This document shows positions 1-6,976 of a stretch of DNA of 29,993 bases, piece after piece. Under the pieces are notes generated by a model that saw only the letters and a list, made by a program, of their open reading frames with translations, searched no databases and was not told the origin of the DNA. Positions within the stretch are counted from its first letter, which is position 1. Each line of letters opens with the position of its first letter. The translations under genes were made by a program, and so were the position numbers. This stretch comes from a virus (Duplodnaviria; Heunggongvirae; Uroviricota; Caudoviricetes): IMG/VR virus record IMGVR_UViG_3300042401_001499; one strand, given 5' to 3'.

Positions 1-1845
1 GAAGGATATTCTACAGAAGCACAAGGATATCATTCACATGCAGAAGGATACTATACACAGGCAATAGGACCTTTTTCACATGCTGAAGGACAGAATACAA
101 AAACCGCAGGAGACTATCAACACGTTCAAGGTAAATACAATATAACATCATCGATATCAGCAGCCTTCATTCTTGGAAATGGAACATCAGATATTTCTAG
201 ATCAAATCTTATTTTTGCAGCAGGAAATACAGTTCAAATAACAGGTTCACTAACTGTAACAAATGGTATAACAGGTTCATTCAAAGGAGATGGTTCTCAA
301 ATAACCGGTGTAACAGCTGAATGGGATGGTTCTCATAATGGTAATGCTTCAATAACAGGTTCTCTAATAACTTCAGGAACCCTACTAGTAGGAGGTACAA
401 TAGTACCCGGTACACCAACATTTGGATCTACTCCCGATGTAGTAGTAGGTGAATCAACAGGAGGAGTTTTAGATATTAGAAATACAACCACTACAGGAAT
501 AGCACCAGGAGACACTTTAGGTATTATACAGTTTTCTGCGAAAAGCGATACAACAGTTGGGTACGCTTCTTCTCAAATTAGAGCAACAGTATCACAGTCT
601 CCAGGTGTGGGGTGGGCAGGAGGAGGTATTTTATCATTTTGGACCGGACAAGCCAGTCTTGGAGCATCTCCAGTAGAACGTATGCGTATCAACCAATCAG
701 GTAACGTAGGTATAGGTACAACAGACCCAGGTTCATACAAACTAAATGTAAATGGTAATACTACAATAATAGGTAGTTTCTCAAACGGAAATGCAGTAAA
801 TGCATCTGGGTCATACTCTCATGCAGAAGGATCTGGTACCATCGCATCAGGATCTTTCTCACATGCAGAAGGGACAGGATCTATAGCAACAGGAGAGTAT
901 TCACATGCTGAAGGATACTTCACTAACGCAGCATTCTACGGATCACATGCTGAAGGAGCAGTTACAAGAACTACAAACTACTATGCACATGCTGAAGGAC
1001 TTAATACATTAGCATCAGGTAATTCATCACATGCAGAAGGTAATAGCACAACCGCATCAGGAGATTATTCACATGCAGAAGGAGGAGGATCAGAAGCATT
1101 AGGACTTTGGTCACATGCTGAAGGAGCCTATGGAAAAACGGTAGGACCTTATTCACATGCTGAAGGAGAAAGAACAGTAGCATTCGGAACAAGTTCACAT
1201 GCAGAAGGTATACATACATCAGCATCAGGGAACTATTCACATGCTGAAGGGACAGGATCTATAGCATCAGGAGAGTATTCACATGCTGAAGGGTATAAAA
1301 CACATGCAGCATTCTACGGATCACATACTGAAGGAGTAGATACAAGAACTACAAACTACTATGCACATGCTGAAGGATTTAATACTTTAGCATCAGGAGG
1401 ATCTGCACATGCAGAAGGGCACAGTGTTACAGCATCAGGAGACTTTGCACATGCAGAAGGGATTACCACCAAAGCAATAGGACCTTTTTCACATGCTGAA
1501 GGACATTCTACTATATCATCGGGAACAGGTTCACATGCTGAGGGCTATTATACAGTAGCATCAGGCTCATACCAGCACGTACAGGGCCAGTTTAATATAT
1601 CGTCATCAGTACAATCTGCCTTTATTCACGGAAACGGAACATCAGATAGTTCTAGATCAAATCTAATATATGCAGCAGGAAATACAGTTGAAATAACAGG
1701 TTCTCTAATGCTAAATGATATACTAGTACTTGCACCAAGAACAACAACACCAACACCTTCAGCAGGAATGGTAATAGTATCAGGTTCAGGAGTAGATCAG
1801 CACATATACTGTTACTTAAACAGTACTTGGAAACAATTAGACTAA
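1..1845 (+). CDS. Tail fibre / receptor-binding protein with 14-aa HAEG (YadA-head/Hep_Hag-like) repeats; 5'-partial
   Basis: Frame 1 is open from base 1 (EGYSTEAQGYHSHAEG...) to TAA at 1843-1845, so the track start at GTG 607 is internal. It has two blocks of xxHAEGxxTxAxGx repeats, a fibre-type ERMRINQSGNVGIGTTDP..KLNVNG segment and a C-terminal IYCYLNSTWKQL cap. Confidence 0.8.
   Translation, partial: EGYSTEAQGYHSHAEGYYTQAIGPFSHAEGQNTKTAGDYQHVQGKYNITSSISAAFILGNGTSDISRSNLIFAAGNTVQITGSLTVTNGITGSFKGDGSQITGVTAEWDGSHNGNASITGSLITSGTLLVGGTIVPGTPTFGSTPDVVVGESTGGVLDIRNTTTTGIAPGDTLGIIQFSAKSDTTVGYASSQIRATVSQSPGVGWAGGGILSFWTGQASLGASPVERMRINQSGNVGIGTTDPGSYKLNVNGNTTIIGSFSNGNAVNASGSYSHAEGSGTIASGSFSHAEGTGSIATGEYSHAEGYFTNAAFYGSHAEGAVTRTTNYYAHAEGLNTLASGNSSHAEGNSTTASGDYSHAEGGGSEALGLWSHAEGAYGKTVGPYSHAEGERTVAFGTSSHAEGIHTSASGNYSHAEGTGSIASGEYSHAEGYKTHAAFYGSHTEGVDTRTTNYYAHAEGFNTLASGGSAHAEGHSVTASGDFAHAEGITTKAIGPFSHAEGHSTISSGTGSHAEGYYTVASGSYQHVQGQFNISSSVQSAFIHGNGTSDSSRSNLIYAAGNTVEITGSLMLNDILVLAPRTTTPTPSAGMVIVSGSGVDQHIYCYLNSTWKQLD
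814..1587 (+). repeat. Coding tandem repeat, 18 units of 42 nt (14 aa) plus a YQHVQG cap unit
   Basis: His codons recur every 42 nt from 820 to 1576 with no break in register; core sequence (t)cacatgc[at]gaagg. Confidence 0.95.
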
Positions 1846-1858
1846 AACAAAATAAAAA

Positions 1859-2308
1859 ATGTGGTTATATCAAAATAAAGAAATAAAAGAACTTACAGAT
1901 ATGCCCGAAGGAAGCTTTGGGTTTATCTATGAAGTAACACATCTTCCAAGTGGTAGAAAATATCTAGGAAGAAAACAATTAATTTCTGTTACAAAAAAAG
2001 TATTAGGAAAAAAAGAATTAGCTTTAATTACCGATAAAAGAGCTTCTAAAAAGAAGACTGTAATAAAGGAAACGGATTGGAAAACCTATCACGGTTCTCA
2101 TCCAGAAATTAAACAGTTAATAAAAGAAAAGAAACAGTCGGAATTCACAAGAGAAATTCTTATCTTTGTACCGACTAAGAAACAGCTGACCTACTATGAG
2201 GATAAGTATCTTTATATGAAAGGGGTCATAGAGCCAGGTTCTATTTATTTTAACGATAACATATCAGGACGCTTTTTTAAGAAAGATTTTTATGATAAAA
2301 CTACTTAA
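1859..2308 (+). CDS. GIY-YIG-like (Seg-type) putative endonuclease
   Basis: GFIYEVTHLPSGRKYLGRK fits the GIY-x(10-11)-YIG pattern; later WKTYHGS and FTREIL..L.YYE helix. Confidence 0.65.
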   Translation: MWLYQNKEIKELTDMPEGSFGFIYEVTHLPSGRKYLGRKQLISVTKKVLGKKELALITDKRASKKKTVIKETDWKTYHGSHPEIKQLIKEKKQSEFTREILIFVPTKKQLTYYEDKYLYMKGVIEPGSIYFNDNISGRFFKKDFYDKTT

Positions 2309-3230
2309 CCTATTAGTTGATACAACACCAGGCTTAAATTACCATTTAAAGCATGGATTACCCTTATCTGAGAATATCTACCGTTATTCTTCCAATGCCT
2401 TTATACAATTGTTTACTGAAGCAAGAACACTTCACAGAGACGGTTATTTAGACTTATGTGAAGAGGATAGATTACTTCTAGAAGAGACAAATATAGGTGA
2501 ATATGGAGAGTATGAAGGACAAAAAGTACCTTTAGACTTACCAATGGTAGAAGAAGGAGAAGAGATTGCTTGTAAGAAATGTGACCACCACTGGGAGGTA
2601 ACACCTGAAGATACTCATTCAGCATTATGCCACAATTGCGGATATGATAATGAAAAAGGAGTATATGATATGAAGGCTCTTGAGAATTGGAAAAAACTTA
2701 CAGAGCAGCTTAACCCAGCACTTCCTAGAGCAGGAGAATACGGAGGAAATATTAAAAGGAATATGACTGTTATTGACAAAGACAATAATAAGCTAAGAGT
2801 AATAGATATTACAGATAATAAAGTAGTACTAAAACCAGCTTCTTATTCAGGACAGACATTAGTATTTCCGGACAACTATGATCAGTTTGCTAGAATATTT
2901 GACTTTTGGGATTATTTTAATCTTGAAAAGATAGTAGAAGCAGAATACCACGGGAAAGATGTACAATTAGGAAAACCTAAAAGAGGAGGTTCTAAGAAGT
3001 TTGTAGTATATGTTAAAGATCCGAAAACTAAAAAAGTTAAAAAAGTACAGTTCGGAGGAACAACAGGATTAAATGTAAAGATAGATGAACCAGGTGCAAG
3101 AAGTTCTTTTGCCGCTCGTCATCAATGTGATAAGAAAAAAGATAGAACAAAACCGGGGTACTGGGCTTGTAATATCGGAAGGTATTGGAAATCATTAGGA
3201 GGTAGTAGAAACTTTAGCGGATACTGGTAA
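2292..3230 (+). CDS. Mosaic hypothetical protein (N-terminal module, Zn ribbon, basic C-terminal AEYHG...ARHQC...YWAC module); probable virion protein
   Basis: 312-aa ORF overlapping the upstream gene; CKKC...CHNC motif; the C-terminal module resembles, from recall, a small domain common in T4-like environmental phages. Confidence 0.7.
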   Translation: MIKLLNLLVDTTPGLNYHLKHGLPLSENIYRYSSNAFIQLFTEARTLHRDGYLDLCEEDRLLLEETNIGEYGEYEGQKVPLDLPMVEEGEEIACKKCDHHWEVTPEDTHSALCHNCGYDNEKGVYDMKALENWKKLTEQLNPALPRAGEYGGNIKRNMTVIDKDNNKLRVIDITDNKVVLKPASYSGQTLVFPDNYDQFARIFDFWDYFNLEKIVEAEYHGKDVQLGKPKRGGSKKFVVYVKDPKTKKVKKVQFGGTTGLNVKIDEPGARSSFAARHQCDKKKDRTKPGYWACNIGRYWKSLGGSRNFSGYW

Positions 3231-3231
3231 A

Positions 3232-3492
3232 ATGGATAGACCTTACTATGAGTTAAAGACATTTGACTTCATCTATAGAAAGTTTACACAGGATGTAGAG
3301 GAAGAGGAATTAGTTTGGCATAGAGATAGAAACGATAGACAAGTGGAAGTAGTAGGTACTACAGATTGGCAATTCCAATTTGAAGATTCAATACCGCAAC
3401 AGCTTCAGGATACAGTCTTTATTCCAAAAGACACTTACCATAGATTAATAAAAGGAACAGGAAATTTAGACATCAGAATATTAGAATTATAA
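3232..3492 (+). CDS. Small cupin-fold protein
   Basis: WHRDRNDRQVEVV...FIPKDTYHRLIKG matches two-motif cupin spacing with His ligands. Confidence 0.6.
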   Translation: MDRPYYELKTFDFIYRKFTQDVEEEELVWHRDRNDRQVEVVGTTDWQFQFEDSIPQQLQDTVFIPKDTYHRLIKGTGNLDIRILEL

Positions 3493-3581
3493 TGGACGGA
3501 GGACCAATAGGCTATTACCTAATAACGCTAATATTTATATTTAGTATAATACTATTTTCAATAGAACTTAAGAAAAAATAA
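3492..3581 (+). CDS. 29-aa single-pass membrane peptide (not in ORF track)
   Basis: TAATG-coupled to the upstream gene; MDGGPIGYYLITLIFIFSIILFSIELKKK; fills the gap up to the next ATG at 3585. Confidence 0.6.
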   Translation: MDGGPIGYYLITLIFIFSIILFSIELKKK

Positions 3582-3584
3582 ATA

Positions 3585-3980
3585 ATGAAAAGATCAGAAT
3601 TAAGAGAAATAGTCCTTGAAGCAATGAAAGGATATTCTCCACAGGTAGGACAAACTAAGGGAGGAACTACAGATGACTTCAGAAACATTCTTACAGCAAT
3701 AGCAAAAGGACGTCCTGAAGGAGATCCAGTAAGAGGTAATGCAATCTTAGACAAAGCAAACCCAGATAACGTAGCTAGAATTTCTAGAGGTGAAAAACCT
3801 GTTTACGAAGGAGAAGGTGAAGAAAAGACTTATAGAGTAGAGTACTACACAATGGATAGACGTGGTGATGATATAGATTGGGACGAAACAGTACAAGCTA
3901 CTTCAGAAGAAGATGCTATAGCTAAAGTTAAAGCTAATGCCCCTAGACTTGCCAGAGCATTCTCTGCTAAATTAAAATAA
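3585..3980 (+). CDS. Hypothetical protein with MKRSELREIVLE leader; possible internal head protein
   Basis: 131-aa ORF, coupled to the next gene; leader is nearly shared with ORF 21230. Confidence 0.75.
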   Translation: MKRSELREIVLEAMKGYSPQVGQTKGGTTDDFRNILTAIAKGRPEGDPVRGNAILDKANPDNVARISRGEKPVYEGEGEEKTYRVEYYTMDRRGDDIDWDETVQATSEEDAIAKVKANAPRLARAFSAKLK

Positions 3981-4417
3981 TGAAACTGTTTTCCTTATTA
4001 AAAGAGATCTTAGATCCAACTCAAGAATACCAAGAACTTGTAAATGATATCATTGACCAAGGAGGAGAGTATTTAGGAGAAGGTGATTACGGAGTAGTCT
4101 TTATGGTAGGAGATAAAGTAAAAAAAGTTACTACTGATTCAGAGGAACTAGAAGATGCACAGCAAATAAAAGGACAAAGAACCAAATATTTTGTATACAT
4201 TTACGATGTAGAGGTTAGAAATCCAAAACTAGGAATCATTACAATGGAAGATCTACAGCCTTTTACAGGAAATGAAAAGGATGTTCCAATTGACGATATA
4301 ATGGAAGAAGCAGACCTACTAGGAATATATCCAGACTTAGAGGGACCAGGTGGTTCAATTAAAATGGATAACCTAATGCAAGATAAAAGAGGTAGAATTA
4401 AAGTAATAGACGTATAA
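3980..4417 (+). CDS. Minimal protein-kinase-like fold protein
   Basis: Gly loop LGEGDYGVVF, beta3 Lys (VKKVT), hinge IITMEDL, catalytic-loop-like YPDL...DNLM; ends at KVIDV (DFG-equivalent Asp). Confidence 0.65.
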   Translation: MKLFSLLKEILDPTQEYQELVNDIIDQGGEYLGEGDYGVVFMVGDKVKKVTTDSEELEDAQQIKGQRTKYFVYIYDVEVRNPKLGIITMEDLQPFTGNEKDVPIDDIMEEADLLGIYPDLEGPGGSIKMDNLMQDKRGRIKVIDV

Positions 4418-4542
4418 TGGCAAAAGTATCACACAGCTCTCCTCAAAAGACAAGGACCAATAAGAGCAGAAAATCAGTATTAAAAACATTTAACTTAATA
4501 AAGCAAAATGAATTAATACTTAAAAAATTACAGAATGGATAA
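4417..4542 (+). CDS. 41-aa basic peptide (not in ORF track)
   Basis: TAATG-coupled start; MAKVSHSSPQKTRTNKSRKSVLKTFNLIKQNELILKKLQNG; stop overlaps the next start by 8 nt. Confidence 0.6.
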   Translation: MAKVSHSSPQKTRTNKSRKSVLKTFNLIKQNELILKKLQNG

Positions 4543-5119
4543 TTTTGATTTAAAGAAATTCTTAGTAGAGAATAAACTAACTGCAAACTCTAGGTTAGAA
4601 GAAGTAGATAGCGAAGAAGCAGCTTTTGATGCTGAATTTGCACAAGCAGCTAATGCTATTGCAGCAGCAATTGGAACAGAGCTAAAAAGTAAAGATCCAA
4701 AACAGTTAGATGAAGCAATAGTAACTGCTACAGTAGCTGCTATATTAACCGCAAACACAGTAGTAGGTTTTATATCAAAATACTCAGCAAAACTATTTAA
4801 ACTTCTAAACTATAAAAAAGGAGAAGATATTGCAGAAAAGATACACCACTGGGCTCACGATAATGAAAAGAACTTTCAAGCACCTATTAGAAGAGTTTTA
4901 AGCTTCTTTGTAAAAGATCCAAAAACACTAGACCTGTTAACAAAGAGTGTATATGCAATTGTAGTAGGAAGTATGGCAGCCGGGTACGGTGTAGCAGCAG
5001 TTGATAAGCTATCACATGCAGAATGGTTCCAAGGAGCATTATCATCCCTTAAGACAGTAGCAAAATCAGAGGAAGCAATAGTAAACGCATATCCTGCTCT
5101 CAGAAGTTTACTAGTATAG
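4535..5119 (+). CDS. Helical Ala-rich protein with MDNFDLKKFLVENKL leader and two hydrophobic segments
   Basis: 194-aa ORF; hydrophobic stretches AIVTATVAAILTANTVVGFI and VYAIVVGSMAAGYGVAAV. Confidence 0.75.
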   Translation: MDNFDLKKFLVENKLTANSRLEEVDSEEAAFDAEFAQAANAIAAAIGTELKSKDPKQLDEAIVTATVAAILTANTVVGFISKYSAKLFKLLNYKKGEDIAEKIHHWAHDNEKNFQAPIRRVLSFFVKDPKTLDLLTKSVYAIVVGSMAAGYGVAAVDKLSHAEWFQGALSSLKTVAKSEEAIVNAYPALRSLLV

Positions 5120-5141
5120 GGAATACTAAAATAATAAAAGA

Positions 5142-5167
5142 AAGGCTTGTTTATTCAAGTCTTTTTT
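5142..5167 (+). terminator. Probable intrinsic terminator overlapping a promoter -33 element
   Basis: Stem AAGGCTTG/CAAGTCTT (one G-U pair), 6-nt loop, followed by a short T tract. Confidence 0.55.
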
Positions 5168-5177
5168 CGTATCTTAA
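5147..5177 (+). promoter_or_regulatory. Bacteroidota-type housekeeping promoter candidate (TTG-N20-TATCTTAA)
   Basis: TTG at 5147-5149 and TATCTTAA at 5170-5177 with a 20-nt spacer; resembles the TTTG-N19-21-TAnnTTTG consensus. Confidence 0.5.
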
Positions 5178-5201
5178 GATGTCAATCAGTTATGTACAGG
5201 T

Positions 5202-6122
5202 ATGAGTAGTAGTATATTATTAGGTTTTATAGAGAATGTCTTAGGTAAATCTCACAAGAGAGCACGGGAGAACTATGCTTTTACCTGCCCTAAATGCAAT
5301 CATCATAAGCCAAAACTAGAGGTAAACCTTCATACCAATGAAAAAGGTGAGAATCCTTTCGAATGTTGGGTATGTGGCTTTAAAGGACGTACAATCAAGT
5401 CTTTACTCAAACAGCTACAGATACCGGCCGAACAAGCATACGAAATACTTAAATACGTAAGAAAAGGTGATGAAATAGGTTATGCCCCTGCTTCTGTAGT
5501 AGAATTACCTAAAGAGTTTCAAGCTCTTTATACAGCATCGACCACTTCTATTATAGCAAATAAAGTAAGAAGGTACCTGTATAAAAGAGGTTTTACCGAC
5601 AGAGACTTCCTAAAATACAATATTGGCTACTGTACTTCAGGAGAATACACAGGAAGAGTGATTGTACCATCATATAATGAGAATAACCAGTTAAACTTCT
5701 TTGTAGCAAGAACATTTGAAGATGCTTACCATAAATACAGAAATCCAGAGTGCTCTAAGGATATAATAGGGTTTGAGAACTTAATCAATTGGGCACAGCC
5801 CATTATACTTGTAGAAGGGGTATTTGATGCAATAGCAGTAAAAAGAAACGCAGTACCAATACTTGGTAAGTCTTTGTCAAAATCTTTGATAAAAAAGATA
5901 GTATCAAGTCAGGTAGAAGACATATACGTAGCCCTAGACAGGGATGCATTTAAAAAGGCACTTTCATACACAGAACAGTTTCTGAATATGGGAAAGAAGG
6001 TATATCTAGTAGATATGCAAGATAAGGATCCAAGCGAGATGGGCTTTGCAAGCTTCACTCGTTATGTACAACAGGCAGAGGAAATGGACTTCGGAAAGTT
6101 ACTCCGCTACAAACTATCATAA
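5202..6122 (+). CDS. DnaG-type DNA primase (Zn finger + TOPRIM)
   Basis: CPKC...FECWVC Zn-binding domain, GRVIVP, ILVEGVFDAI TOPRIM motif, ALDRDA, DKDPSEM. Confidence 0.9.
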   Translation: MSSSILLGFIENVLGKSHKRARENYAFTCPKCNHHKPKLEVNLHTNEKGENPFECWVCGFKGRTIKSLLKQLQIPAEQAYEILKYVRKGDEIGYAPASVVELPKEFQALYTASTTSIIANKVRRYLYKRGFTDRDFLKYNIGYCTSGEYTGRVIVPSYNENNQLNFFVARTFEDAYHKYRNPECSKDIIGFENLINWAQPIILVEGVFDAIAVKRNAVPILGKSLSKSLIKKIVSSQVEDIYVALDRDAFKKALSYTEQFLNMGKKVYLVDMQDKDPSEMGFASFTRYVQQAEEMDFGKLLRYKLS

Positions 6123-6123
6123 T

Positions 6124-6906
6124 ATGATACAAAAAGGACAGAATGTTTTGTCAGAACATGCTAAGAAGAGGTTAGATTTTAAACCTGAACTTAAACAGAT
6201 TAACTTCTTAGACAGAAGGGTTTATCAAAGATCAGAAGGAGTATACTACCCTTCAGTTACATCAATTTTACAATACATGCCAAAGAATAAGTTCTTTGAA
6301 TCTTGGTTGAAAGATGTAGGTCACAACTCAGACATTATAATGAGAAGAGCCGGAGATGAAGGTACCCAAACTCACAATGCAATCGAAGAGTTATTAGAAG
6401 GTAAAGAAATCCAATGGATGGATGATTACGGTAATGCCCGATACAATGAACTAGTATGGAGTATGATTATGAAGTTCAAAGAGTTTTGGGAAGTAGCAAA
6501 GCCTGTACTAATCTTCACAGAAGAATTTACTTACTCAGATACTCACAAGTATGCCGGAACAGCTGATATAGTTGTATCGATGAACGGAGAGAATTGGCTT
6601 ATTGACTTCAAAACATCAAATCACCTACATAAATCATATGACTTACAATTGGCAGCTTATGCTAAATCAATTGAAGAAGTAAAAGGTATTAAGATTGATA
6701 GAACAGCTATTCTTTGGTTGAAAGCATCAACAAGAGGAGCTGATAAAGCCGGTAAAAAGATACAGGGTAAAGGATGGGAATTAAAAGTAATAGATGATAT
6801 AGAAAAGAACTTTGAATTATTCAAATTGATCTATAAACTATACGAGATAGAGCATCCAACAACAGAGCCTAAGTTTACCTCATATCCAACCACTATCAAA
6901 CTTTAG
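6124..6906 (+). CDS. PD-(D/E)XK exonuclease (Cas4/RecB/lambda-exo-like superfamily)
   Basis: YPSVTSIL, GTQTHNAIE, YAGTADIV, LIDFKTS, LQLAAY. ATG 6124, just after the primase stop, is preferred over the track start at 6046. Confidence 0.85.
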   Translation: MIQKGQNVLSEHAKKRLDFKPELKQINFLDRRVYQRSEGVYYPSVTSILQYMPKNKFFESWLKDVGHNSDIIMRRAGDEGTQTHNAIEELLEGKEIQWMDDYGNARYNELVWSMIMKFKEFWEVAKPVLIFTEEFTYSDTHKYAGTADIVVSMNGENWLIDFKTSNHLHKSYDLQLAAYAKSIEEVKGIKIDRTAILWLKASTRGADKAGKKIQGKGWELKVIDDIEKNFELFKLIYKLYEIEHPTTEPKFTSYPTTIKL

Positions 6907-6909
6907 TAC

Positions 6910-6916
6910 TATTTAT
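6910..6916 (+). promoter_or_regulatory. TATTTAT box (putative late promoter)
   Basis: Same motif as found upstream of the head genes. Confidence 0.4.
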
Positions 6917-6928
6917 TTAATATAATAG

Positions 6929-6959
6929 TTGCATAATAGAAATATTGTGCGTATCTTTA
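6929..6959 (+). promoter_or_regulatory. Bacteroidota-type promoter candidate (TTG-N20-TATCTTTA)
   Basis: TTG at 6929-6931 and TATCTTTA at 6952-6959, 20-nt spacer, 17 nt before ATG 6977. Confidence 0.55.
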
Positions 6960-6976
6960 GGTAAATAAAAAGTAAC

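Noticed and set aside
814-1587. 42-nt periodic repeats as a CRISPR array
   Set aside because: The repeats are degenerate at codon third positions, lie in an open frame encoding 14-aa units, and have no unique spacers of CRISPR type or adjacent cas operon.
1-1845. Diversity-generating retroelement target/template pair in the fibre gene
   Set aside because: Differences between the duplicated blocks are not confined to adenines, both copies are coding and in frame, and no reverse transcriptase is in the window.
6124-6906. Cas4 / CRISPR adaptation gene
   Set aside because: It lacks the four Fe-S cysteines of Cas4 and has no cas neighbours; it is better explained as a phage PD-(D/E)XK exonuclease next to the primase.
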